From an uncultured Verrucomicrobiae bacterium (GTDB taxonomy: Bacteria; Verrucomicrobiota; Verrucomicrobiia; Chthoniobacterales; UBA10450): a stretch of 64,000 nucleotides of DNA. The notes below the pieces were generated by a model. It was not told the origin of the DNA, made no database searches, and saw only the letters and a list, made by a program, of their open reading frames with translations. The first letter of the stretch is position 1, and the number at the start of each line of letters is the position of its first letter. This document shows positions 53,109-62,497 of the stretch, piece by piece. The stretch covers positions 1-64,000 of the forward strand of contig CAWDGJ010000002.1 in assembly GCA_963801815.1 (NCBI GenBank). The letters are read 5' to 3'. Position numbers and translations under genes: made by a program.

Positions 53109-54185
53109 ATGCAGAACGAAGAACTTGCTTATGCGATCCTGACTCCGTATTCGATGCGTAAATCGCGCACCGGCGGAATCATCGCGCGGCTGATATCGCG
53201 CACCGGCCTCGACCTGGTGGCAGCGCGAATGTTTGCGCCGAGCGAGGAGTTGGTTCGACGCTACGCCGAGACGATCGTGAGCGAAACCGAGCCGGCCCAT
53301 CGCGCAACCCAGGGATTGATTCGTGAGTATGTCCTAAAAAATTTCACCCGTGAAAAGCGGGGGCAACGCGCGCGGGTCTTGTGTTTGGTTTTTCGAGGAC
53401 CGGATGCCGCGGAAAGGATGCGAAACACAGTCGGTCACATTCGACACGAAACGACAGCCGGGGAAACAATTCGCGACACGTTCGGCGATTACATCACCGA
53501 CGATTCCGGTAAAGTCACTTACTTTGAACCCGGGGTCGTTGCAGGATTCGATGCGAAAGTGATCGAGGATGATCTGAAACTTTGGGCGCGATATTCTGAC
53601 AGCGATGGCGGAATTCTCGATGATTGTGTGCAATTTCCGGCCGGCGCCCGAGTTGAGAAGACATTGGTCCTGATCAAGCCGGACAATTTCAAGTTTCCGA
53701 ACGTTCGCCCGGGCGGCGTGATCGAAGTTTTCTCCCGCACCGGCCTCTACATTGTCGGGTTCAAGGTCCACCGAATGAGCGTTGCGCAGGCCGAACAGTT
53801 TTACGGGCCGGTGTTGCCGGTATTGCAGGACAAGCTGGGACACGCCAAGGGCCGCGACGCCTGGGAAGACATCGTTCAGTTCATGGCGGGCGCCCGCCCA
53901 AGCGACACCCTTCCGGAAAAACGCAACGAGCCTGGCTCCGAAAAATGTATCGCGCTCGTTTACCAAGGCGAGAATGCCGTGAGCAAGATCCGCGAAGTGC
54001 TCGGCCCAACCGATCCAGCGAAAGCCCCGCCGGGTTCAATTCGAAAAGAATTTGGCCAGACAATCATGATTAATGCCGCGCACGCATCGGATTCGATCGA
54101 CAACGCCAGGCGCGAAATGGGGATCGTGCAACCTGACGAGAATAATTTTAAAGCTTTGATTGAAGATTTTTATCGCCACAGATAA
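53109..54185 (+). CDS. ndk: tandem-domain nucleoside-diphosphate kinase
   Basis: C-terminal domain EKTLVLIKPD...LGPTDPAKAPPGSIRKEFG..IMINAAHASDS; degenerate N-terminal NDK-like domain (GETIRDTFG). Confidence 0.8.
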   Translation: MQNEELAYAILTPYSMRKSRTGGIIARLISRTGLDLVAARMFAPSEELVRRYAETIVSETEPAHRATQGLIREYVLKNFTREKRGQRARVLCLVFRGPDAAERMRNTVGHIRHETTAGETIRDTFGDYITDDSGKVTYFEPGVVAGFDAKVIEDDLKLWARYSDSDGGILDDCVQFPAGARVEKTLVLIKPDNFKFPNVRPGGVIEVFSRTGLYIVGFKVHRMSVAQAEQFYGPVLPVLQDKLGHAKGRDAWEDIVQFMAGARPSDTLPEKRNEPGSEKCIALVYQGENAVSKIREVLGPTDPAKAPPGSIRKEFGQTIMINAAHASDSIDNARREMGIVQPDENNFKALIEDFYRHR

Positions 54186-54220
54186 TGTGCGCTCCCTGAT
54201 TTAGAACCGACGATATTAAC

Positions 54221-55383
54221 ATGGAAATTTCCGAACGCGCAGCCCAATTGACTCCGTCGCTGACTCTGTCGATCGACAGCAAAGCGAAAGCGATGAAAGC
54301 CGAAGGTATCGATGTTTGCGGCTTCGGAGCGGGCGAGCCTGACTTCGACACACCGGAGCACATCAAGCAGGCGGCCATCGAAGCGCTGCAGGCCGGATTC
54401 ACCAAATACACACCGAGCGCTGGCATTCCGGAGCTGCGCGCTGCCATCGCGGAGAAATTGGCGGCCGACAACGGCCTCACTTACCGTGCAAGCCAGATCA
54501 TCGTCAGCAACGGCGCGAAGCATTCCTGTTACAACGCGGTCCTGGCCACGTGCCAGCCGGGCGATGAAGTGATTATTCCGGCGCCTTATTGGGTGAGTTA
54601 TCCCGACATGGTGCGGCTGGCCGGGGCCGAACCAGTCATCGTCCCGACAATGGAGCGCAACAACTGGAAGATGCGTCCGGAAGATTTTGAAAACGCGATG
54701 ACGCCTCGCACCAAGATGTTGATCATCAACAGCCCGGGCAATCCGACGGGCGCGGTTTACACGCGCGAGGAGCTGGAAGCGATCGTTGGCATCGCTAGCG
54801 GTGAAGACATTTACATTTTGTCGGACGAAATTTACGAGAAGCTTCTTTACGACGGCGCCAAGCACGTGAGCGTTGCATCGCTCTCGAAGGAAGCTTACGA
54901 CCTGACCCTGACGGTTAACGGTTTCAGCAAATCGTACGCAATGACCGGCTGGCGGCTCGGTTATCTCGCTGCGCCGGAAGCAGTCGCAAGAGCGGTCGAT
55001 TCCATTCAAAGCCACAGCACGTCGAATCCGTGCTCGTTCGGCAACGCGGCGCGCTTGCAGCCTTGAAAGGCGACCAGCAATCCGTCGCTGACATGCGAGA
55101 TGAGTTCGATATGCGCCGCAATTACATGATGGATCGCCTCTCGAAGATTCCGAACGTCACCGCAGTAAAGCCGCAGGGCGCCTTTTACGTTTTGGTCAAC
55201 ATCAGCCAGCTCGGCCTGACGTCGCAAAACTTCGCTGATCGATTGCTCAGTAAATCGAACGTCGCAGTTGTACCCGGCGCTGCGTTCGGTGATGATCGCA
55301 CCATTCGTTTCAGCTACGCGACCAGCATCGACATCATCAAAAAGGGTCTCGATCGCTTTCAGGACTTCTGCCGCACGCTTTAA
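54221..55383 (+). CDS. class I/II PLP aminotransferase, aspartate aminotransferase type (frameshift near 55040)
   Basis: GAGEPDFDTP, PYWVSY, NSPGNPTG, SDEIYE, NGFSKSYAMTGWRLGY, PQGAFY, IRFSYA. Confidence 0.92.
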
Positions 55384-55401
55384 GCGGCAATATTTGCGGC
55401 G

Positions 55402-56070
55402 ATGAACCTCGCCAGTGTTTTGCCGGACAAAGCATCGGTTGTTCAACGAATCAAGGCCGAGCGCGCGGTCGCGGTCATTCGAACGGATTCAACCGAGCGT
55501 GCCCTTGTTCTGGCTGAAACGGCAATCGCTGGCGGATTTCGCGTGATTGAAATCACGTTCAGTTTTCCGGGTGCTAGCGCCGTGATCGCAACACATGCTG
55601 CGACAAATGACAAAGGGAACTTCCTTATCGGTGCAGGAACGATTTTGAACCGCAAGCAGGCGGATGAAGCAGTTGAAGCCGGCGCGCGATTTCTGGTGAG
55701 TCCGTGCGTTCTGCCGGAGGTGATCGACGCCGCACGCGAACTTCAGGTCGCTGTCATTCCCGGCGCATTCACGCCGACGGAAATTTACACCGCTTATTCT
55801 CTTGGCGCAGACATTGTGAAAATCTTTCCCGCGGTAAAGTTTGGACCTGAATATTTGAAAGCGGTTCGCGGTCCGCTGCCCCAAATTCCAATTATGCCGA
55901 CAAGCGGCGTTGACGCATCGAACGTCGGCGAGTGGTTTCGCGCGGGAGCAGTCGCCGTCGGCGCGGTGAGTAGCGTGTTCGATCCTGAATTGGTCCGGAA
56001 CGGCGATTGGGACGAAATTACAAGGCGCGCGAGAGAGTTCATGGCGGCCGTAAGCGCAGCGCGACAGTGA
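55402..56070 (+). CDS. eda: KHG/KDPG aldolase
   Basis: AVIR, IEIT, IGAGT, GARFLVSP, PGAFTPTE, VKIFPA, MPTSGV. Confidence 0.88.
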   Translation: MNLASVLPDKASVVQRIKAERAVAVIRTDSTERALVLAETAIAGGFRVIEITFSFPGASAVIATHAATNDKGNFLIGAGTILNRKQADEAVEAGARFLVSPCVLPEVIDAARELQVAVIPGAFTPTEIYTAYSLGADIVKIFPAVKFGPEYLKAVRGPLPQIPIMPTSGVDASNVGEWFRAGAVAVGAVSSVFDPELVRNGDWDEITRRAREFMAAVSAARQ

Positions 56071-56095
56071 TCGAGCAGTAACGCGATTTTTCCCT

Positions 56096-56126
56096 TTCCG
56101 CTATCCGCATTCCGGTATCCGCTATC
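56096..56126. repeat. short degenerate heptamer array (TCCGCAT/TCCGCTA)
   Basis: TTCCGCTATCCGCATTCCGGTATCCGCTATC just before the GH57 start. Confidence 0.5.
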
Positions 56127-56129
56127 GAA

Positions 56130-57758
56130 GTGAACCATCTCGCGCTTATTCTTCACGCGCATCTGCCTTTCGTTAGGCACCCGGAGCACGAACATTTTCT
56201 CGAAGAAGACTGGCTGTTTGAAGCCATCACTGAGACTTACATCCCGCTGCTGCAAATGATGCAGCGACTCGTGAACGACAACGTGCCGTTCAAGCTAACC
56301 GTGTCGCTCACACCAACGTTGTGCGCAATGTTGCAGGACGAATTGTTGCGCGAACGTTATGTGCGGCATCTCGATCTTTTGATCGATCTCGCCGTCCGCG
56401 AGCGAAAACGAAATCGCAATGAAACCAAGCTCGCCGAGCTGTCGGAGTTTTATTTCGAATTATTCACCACGAGCCGGCGGTATTTTGTCGACGAATGGAA
56501 TCGCGATTTGCTCGCCGCGTTCAAGCAGTTGCGCGACCAAGGCGTGCTCGAAATCATCGGATCCGCGGCGACGCATGGGCTTCTGCCGCTGCTTCAACAA
56601 CAATCGAACGAAGCGGCGCGGGCGCAGGTCCTCATCGGCCGCGATGCATATTTCGATGTTTTCAGAGCCGAACCGTCCGGTTTTTGGCTACCGGAATGCG
56701 GCTACGCGCCGGGGCTCGATCCAATTTTACAGGAAGCAAACATTCGCTGGTTCGTTCTCGATGCTCACGGATTGTTATTTGGAAACCCGCAACCGCAGCG
56801 AGCGATTTACGCGCCGTGCTACACGAGAGCCGGCCCGGCAGCTTTTGCGCGCGACCGCAATTCGAGCCGTCAAGTTTGGAGCGCGGAAGAAGGTTATCCG
56901 GGCGATCCAGCGTATCGCGAATTTTATCGCGATGTCGGGTTCGACCTTCCGTTGGAACATCTGGGCCCGGTCGCCCGCGGCTTTCGAAAATTTTCCGGCG
57001 TGAAATACCACCGGGTCACCGGGCGAAGAAAACAAAAGGAACTTTACGATCGAGTAGCAGCGGAGAAAGCGGCCGACGCGCATGCTACGCATTTTCTCCA
57101 GGAACGCCGCGCCCAATTCCGGCAACTCGCAAATCTCGATTTCGCGCCAATCATCGTCGTGCCGTTCGATGCCGAGCTTTTCGGTCATTGGTGGTTTGAG
57201 GGACCGCGCTTCCTGGAAATCTTCATTCGGAAAGCAGCGTTCGATCAAAAAGATTTTTACCTGACTACTCCGACCAATTACCTGGCAGCCAATTCCACGC
57301 AGCAAACGATTGAGCCTGCCGAATCGAGTTGGGGCGAGAACGGCTATCTGGAAGTTTGGATCGACCAGCACAACTCGTGGATCTATCCGCACCTGCACGG
57401 TTGCGCCCAACGGATGACAAATTTGGCGCGCAAATATGCAGGAAAGGACCTCAATAGCGTTTCTCAAAACTTGACTGGTTTAACCAGTCAAGTTTCCGGT
57501 GGGCTATCTGACTTGAGCGATCGTGTTCTCAAACAACTCGCCCGCGAACTACTGCTCGCGCAATCGAGCGATTGGGCGTTCCTGATGCGGACCGGCACCG
57601 CGCGCGAATACGCCACCAAGCGCACGCTCGATCACCTTGGCCGCTTCAATCAGTTGCACGACCAATTCGCGGCCGACACAATCGATGAAATATTCCTCGC
57701 CGATTGCGAGTGGCGCGACAATCTTTTCCCGAACCTCAACTGGCGTTATTACGCGTGA
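56130..57758 (+). CDS. GH57 1,4-alpha-glucan branching enzyme (DUF1957)
   Basis: LHAHLPFV, WLFEAITETYIP, THGLLP, FWLPECGY, PFDAELFGHWWFEGP, LLAQSSDWAF. Confidence 0.93.
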   Translation: MNHLALILHAHLPFVRHPEHEHFLEEDWLFEAITETYIPLLQMMQRLVNDNVPFKLTVSLTPTLCAMLQDELLRERYVRHLDLLIDLAVRERKRNRNETKLAELSEFYFELFTTSRRYFVDEWNRDLLAAFKQLRDQGVLEIIGSAATHGLLPLLQQQSNEAARAQVLIGRDAYFDVFRAEPSGFWLPECGYAPGLDPILQEANIRWFVLDAHGLLFGNPQPQRAIYAPCYTRAGPAAFARDRNSSRQVWSAEEGYPGDPAYREFYRDVGFDLPLEHLGPVARGFRKFSGVKYHRVTGRRKQKELYDRVAAEKAADAHATHFLQERRAQFRQLANLDFAPIIVVPFDAELFGHWWFEGPRFLEIFIRKAAFDQKDFYLTTPTNYLAANSTQQTIEPAESSWGENGYLEVWIDQHNSWIYPHLHGCAQRMTNLARKYAGKDLNSVSQNLTGLTSQVSGGLSDLSDRVLKQLARELLLAQSSDWAFLMRTGTAREYATKRTLDHLGRFNQLHDQFAADTIDEIFLADCEWRDNLFPNLNWRYYA

Positions 57759-57764
57759 GTGAAC

Positions 57765-57863
57765 TTGTCATTCCGAGCGACGTCGAGGAATCTCTCGATA
57801 TTGTCTGGTCGTAACTAGGCTCGGAAATATCTAGAGATGTCTCGACTCCGCTCGACATGACAA
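57765..57863. repeat. REP/MITE-like imperfect inverted repeat
   Basis: TTGTCATTCCGAGCGACGTCGAGGAATCTCT ... AGAGATGTCTCGACTCCGCTCGACATGACAA. Confidence 0.8.
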
Positions 57864-58570
57864 AAGTATCCGTACTAACGCCTTTGCTCGCACTTTCCGT
57901 GGTAACCGCGTTCGCACAGGAATCCCCCACTCTTGCGCCCACGCCTTCACCGATTGAAACGCCATCAGCGTCGCCAGTACCCACACCATCCGCTTCAGCG
58001 AGTGCGCGCAGTGTTCCACTGCGATTCGTTCCGCCGCCAATGGAAGGCACGATCAGTCTCGGAATTTGGGATTCGAACGATAAACTCGTGCGCGTTCTGC
58101 ACCGCGAAGCGAAGATCGACCGCTTCACCGTGGAAGAAAATTCGTTGAGCACGACGTGGGACGGCAAAAACGACACGGGCGAAGATTTGCCTACGGGAAA
58201 ATATCGGGCACGTGGTTATTTGGTCGGAAAGATGAAAATTGAAGACATGGGAAAAGTAGCGGCACCTCCGGAAGGTGCGACTGACCATGTTTCAGTGAAG
58301 CTCGTGATGAATCCGCTTGTCGCCGATACGCGTTCTGTCATGGAGATTGGTGTCGGGTTCGACCCTCAAGGAAATTTTCTTAAAACGATGGACGGATTGC
58401 CGCTGGAGACCATCAATGAAAATCCGAATTTAACTCGGATAGTCATGCAAAAAGATGGCGAGAAAGCGGCGGACGTTTGGCAGGATGATGGCGCGAATAT
58501 CGAGCACCTGCGTGTGTCGAACATCGACAAGATGATGGCGTTCGATTGCGGGTTTTTTGATTTAAGGTAG
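57857..58570 (+). CDS. exported protein with FlgD-Ig-like domain
   Basis: Signal peptide, Pro/Thr linker, ISLGIWDSNDKLVRVL...TWDGKNDTGEDLPTGKY. Confidence 0.7.
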   Translation: MTKVSVLTPLLALSVVTAFAQESPTLAPTPSPIETPSASPVPTPSASASARSVPLRFVPPPMEGTISLGIWDSNDKLVRVLHREAKIDRFTVEENSLSTTWDGKNDTGEDLPTGKYRARGYLVGKMKIEDMGKVAAPPEGATDHVSVKLVMNPLVADTRSVMEIGVGFDPQGNFLKTMDGLPLETINENPNLTRIVMQKDGEKAADVWQDDGANIEHLRVSNIDKMMAFDCGFFDLR

Positions 58571-58619
58571 GGCCGTTGCCCCACGGCCCACGGACGATTG
58601 TGGGCGATCGCCCCTACCT
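58565..58619. repeat. GTAG-type REP-like palindrome
   Basis: AGGTAGGGCCGTTGCCC...GGGCGATCGCCCCTACCT. Confidence 0.6.
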
Positions 58620-58661
58620 CGGCCTCGACAGAGCGTGGGGACTACAGTTTAGTTAGGCCCC

Positions 58662-59993
58662 ATGGCTTCCGCGCCTGAAGTTCAGCACACGCTCGCAAAA
58701 TCCGCCGGATTCAGCGGAACGTCGCTTCACACCGGCGAAAAGGTCTCGCTGAAGCTGCATCCGGCGCCGGCCGATCACGGAATCAAGTTCAAACGCAAGG
58801 ATCTGGCCGGATGAGCCAACGATCGACGCCAAGATCGAGAACCTGAAAACGGTCGAGCGCGCGACCACGATCGGCGAAGGCTCAATGCGGGTGCACACGG
58901 TCGAGCACGTGCTCTCGGCGCTCTCCGCGATGGGCGTCGACAACGCGATCGTCGAAATGGACGCGAACGAACCGCCGATTGGCGACGGCAGCGCCAAACC
59001 TTACGTCGATGTGATCAAACGCGCCGGCATTTCAGCTCAGGACGCTCCGCGGAGATTCTTTCACGTTCGCGAGCCAATGCACGTCGAAACGAAAAGTGGC
59101 TCGCTCCTATTCTGCTTGCCGGACGACAACGGATTTCGCATCTCCTGCACGCAAGCGGGACCGAACAATCGCTTCACCCAGTTCATGTCGACCGACATCA
59201 CTCCGGAGATTTTCGAGCGCGAGATCGCGCCGGCCCGAACGTTTGTTTATTACGAGGACGTCGAGCCGCTGATGGAAAAAAATCTGATCAAGGGCGGCAG
59301 CCTGGAAAATGCGATCGTCGTGCGCGGCGACGCGGTCTTGAGCAAGGAGCCGTTGCGATTTCCCGACGAATTCGTCCGGCACAAGATCCTCGATATCATC
59401 GGCGACCTCGCGCTCTTCGGTTGCAGGATTCGCGGACATGTGATCGCAGTGAAACCCGGGCCACGCCGCGAACGCCGAACTGGCACGCGCACTTGCCAAG
59501 GAACGCGCGCGCCGCGAGGCGCTGACTGTTCCGCGCAGCTTTCCCGAAAGGCGACGGCGGTCTCGACATCAACGAGGTGATGCAGATCCTGCCGCATCGT
59601 TATCCGTTTCTGATGGTCGATCGAATCATCAGCTTCGACGAAGGCGAAACGAAATGCATCGGCGTGAAATCAGTCACGATCAACGAGCCGTTTTTCCAGG
59701 GACATTTTCCCGGTCACCCGGTGATGCCGGGCGTTCTGCAGGTCGAAGCGATGGCCCAGGTCGCCAGCTTGCTGCTCTTTAAACTAACCAAGTCGTCGAA
59801 CCGCATCGGCTATTTCATGAGCGCCGACGACGTGAAGTTTCGCAAACCGGTTTTCCCCGGCGACACGCTCTTCATTCACGCGGAGCTGACCAAAGCGCGC
59901 GGCGAAAGGCTGGCCAAAGCGAAGTGTCACTGCGTGGTGAACGACGCGGTCGTCTCGGAAGGCGAGTTGATGTTCACGTTTCTCGATAAATGA
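58662..59993 (+). CDS. lpxC-fabZ: bifunctional LpxC/FabZ fusion (frameshifts near 58805 and 59460-59550)
   Basis: QHTL...GTSLHTG, TVEHVLSAL, EPPIGDGSA, IAPARTF, RHKILDIIGDL, then LPHRYPFLMVDR, NEPFFQGHFPGHPVMPGVL. Confidence 0.92.
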
Positions 59994-60768
59994 GCGACGT
60001 GCAGATTCATCCGACGGCGATTGTCGATCCGAAGGCAGAGATTGGCTCGGGGACAGTCATCGGACCGTATTGCGTCATCGGCGCAGACGTCGTGGTCGGG
60101 GAAAATTGCTGGCTGCAACATCACGTCACGTTGCGGACCGATGCAGGCCGGTGCGCGGAACAAATTTTACGCCTATTGCTCGATCGGTCAGCAAACCCAG
60201 GATCTGAAATACGAGGGCGAACCGACCTATCTGGAGATCGGCGATGAAAATACGTTTCGCGAATTCGTGACGGTCAATCGCAGCACGACCAGCGATGGAC
60301 AAGACCCGCGTCGGCAGCCGTGGAAATTTTCTGGCCTACAGTCACATCGGTCACGATTGCACGGTCGGCGACGAAGTGGTGTTTTCAAACAACGGCACGC
60401 TCGCCGGTCACGTTCAAGTCGGCGACAACGCGGTGATGGGCGGACTAACCGCGGTCCATCAATTCTGCCGGATCGGACGTTTCGCGATCACCGGCGGCTG
60501 CTCGAAAATCGTGCAGGACGTTCCGCCGTTCATGATCGCGGACGGAAACCCGGCCGAAATTCGCGGCGTGAATCTGATCGGCCTCGAGCGCAAAAATTAT
60601 CCCGCCGACAAAGTGAAGCCGATCAAGGAAGCATTCCGCCTGATTTACCGCTCTAAATATAATACCGCGCAGGCGTTGGAAGCCATCCGCAAGGAACTTC
60701 CGCAAACCGAGGAGATCCGAGAGATCGTCGAGTTTATCGAAAAGACCGAGCGCGGGATTATTCGTTAG
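59990..60768 (+). CDS. lpxA: UDP-N-acetylglucosamine acyltransferase (frameshifts near 60135 and 60295)
   Basis: IHPTAIVDP, QDLKYEGE, FREFVTVNR, HIGHDC, LAGHV, VHQFCRIG, QDVPPF, RGIIR. Confidence 0.95.
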
Positions 60769-60774
60769 GCCAGA

Positions 60775-62466
60775 CTAGAATTTCACGCGCACCTTCGGCG
60801 TCGGCGTCGGCGTCGCGCCCGGAACAGGCGCCGGGACGCCGCGGAGTTCCTGTTCGAGCTGTTTAAGAAGCGGCGCGGCTGGCGCATCGCCGGCAATTCG
60901 CAGCGCCGCCCGTAATAAATCGAGGCCGCGACTCGGTTTCTTGAGTTTATTCCACGCGTCGGCTTCCTCGATAGTCACGCGCAAAATGTCGTCGCGGGTC
61001 GAATAACAAGTCCGCGCCTGGCCAAAATAGCTGGTGGCTGCGGAAAACTTTCCGTCGCCGAATTCCATCAGGCCGAGATCTTCGATCATCGGACAGTTAC
61101 CCGTCCGTGACGCGGTTTGTCGCGCGAACGCACGATAATCCGCGCTCTCGGCGAAGTTTTTGGCTGCAAAGTCGTGGTAAGACTTCCAATTGATCGCGCC
61201 ACGAGCGTAGTCCCGCGACGTTTCAACTTCCGTCCATCCGAGATATGGCCGGTAAAGCGGATCGCCCACCATCACCGACATCCAGGAAAGTCCCGGGATC
61301 GACATGTAGGCGCTCTCGGCAAAGGTGAATCCGTGCAGCAATCGCTCGTTAAAGATGTCGAGATGAGAAGTGAGTTGTAAATACGGCTCGAAGACGTTTC
61401 CCATGCTTGCAGCCGCGCCCAACGACAGCAACGGTCCCACCCAGTTCGCACGTGGATCGCGCAACGTGCTCGCGCTATAGGAATGGATATGAACCGCGAT
61501 CGCTCCTCGAGCGAAATGAAAACCGGACTGTGCAAAAACACCTATTGGATGATCCGAGTACCAGCCATAATACAACGCGCAATCCGTCATCGGGTAGCCT
61601 TCGGGAAACATTTGGGGCGAATCGTCATAAACAACCGGAATGCCTGTTTTGTGAAGTTGCTGACGAATCAGCGCGAGCCATTCATCCCCCATGGTACGGC
61701 TGGAATCGCCCGAGCTCCCACCCGCATCCACATAAGCGCGGCCCCAAAGTCCATTTTTTTCAGTCGCAATCGCATCAATGACCATCTGTTTCACCGTCGC
61801 CGCGGTTGGCGCATCCAGGCGACAGACTAACAAAAGCGCAGGGTCTTCGGATTGATTGATCGGCTGAAAACTTTTGAAATAAGAGTTAAGCCGCGCGCCT
61901 GAAATCTGTGGCGAAAAATATCCGAGCGTTGCCAGTTCGGAATCAACCGAAGCTTCATTGCGATCCTCGATTGGGCCGCCGCCGCGGCGATCGCCCGGAT
62001 ATGGCTCGAGCGCGGCGCGAATCTTCAACGGCATCCCTCGGATCAACGCGACGAAGCGGATCGACGTCGTCATCACCGCCTCCTGATGGTCTTCGGTCTC
62101 GCGCATGGTCCACCACTGTTTCGCTTTGAAGATCTCGCGGAGGCGATTGGCGATTGTCGCGTCGTATTCGTCGCGGCTGATTTCTTCCGCCCGCGAACAG
62201 GTCAATCCGACGATGTGATCGAACGGAATCCCGCGCTTCTGTGCATAAAATCTTGCCAGCTCTACCGCATCAGGCGCCGTTTTGTTGTAAACGATGACAG
62301 TTGCTGCTGTCAGCGGCTGCTCGGCGCGCGCAGTTTGCGCACCTGCCGAGACACACGCGATCAATGAAATCAAAAAGCGAGAGACTTTGGGACCTTTGCT
62401 CCCGAAAGCTTTCGGAGTTGAGCGTTGGCGATCGAGTTGGCAAGCTTTTGAAGATCGCACTTTCAA
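60775..62466 (-). CDS. TIGR03790-like exported protein (start uncertain)
   Basis: VELARFYAQKRGIP, GMPLKI, ASVDSELA, LVCRLDAP, LYYGWY, GAIAVHIHSYSA, GNVFEPYL, VGDPLYRP. Confidence 0.8.
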   Translation of the reverse strand: MKVRSSKACQLDRQRSTPKAFGSKGPKVSRFLISLIACVSAGAQTARAEQPLTAATVIVYNKTAPDAVELARFYAQKRGIPFDHIVGLTCSRAEEISRDEYDATIANRLREIFKAKQWWTMRETEDHQEAVMTTSIRFVALIRGMPLKIRAALEPYPGDRRGGGPIEDRNEASVDSELATLGYFSPQISGARLNSYFKSFQPINQSEDPALLLVCRLDAPTAATVKQMVIDAIATEKNGLWGRAYVDAGGSSGDSSRTMGDEWLALIRQQLHKTGIPVVYDDSPQMFPEGYPMTDCALYYGWYSDHPIGVFAQSGFHFARGAIAVHIHSYSASTLRDPRANWVGPLLSLGAAASMGNVFEPYLQLTSHLDIFNERLLHGFTFAESAYMSIPGLSWMSVMVGDPLYRPYLGWTEVETSRDYARGAINWKSYHDFAAKNFAESADYRAFARQTASRTGNCPMIEDLGLMEFGDGKFSAATSYFGQARTCYSTRDDILRVTIEEADAWNKLKKPSRGLDLLRAALRIAGDAPAAPLLKQLEQELRGVPAPVPGATPTPTPKVRVKF

Positions 62467-62497
62467 CCGTCATCCCTCATCGCTCAACCTTTTCGAG

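Noticed and set aside
58662..60768. lpxC-fabZ and lpxA split as separate or inactivated genes
   Set aside because: All catalytic motifs are present across frames; a local indel cluster is likely an artefact, and the LpxC/FabZ fusion is already known
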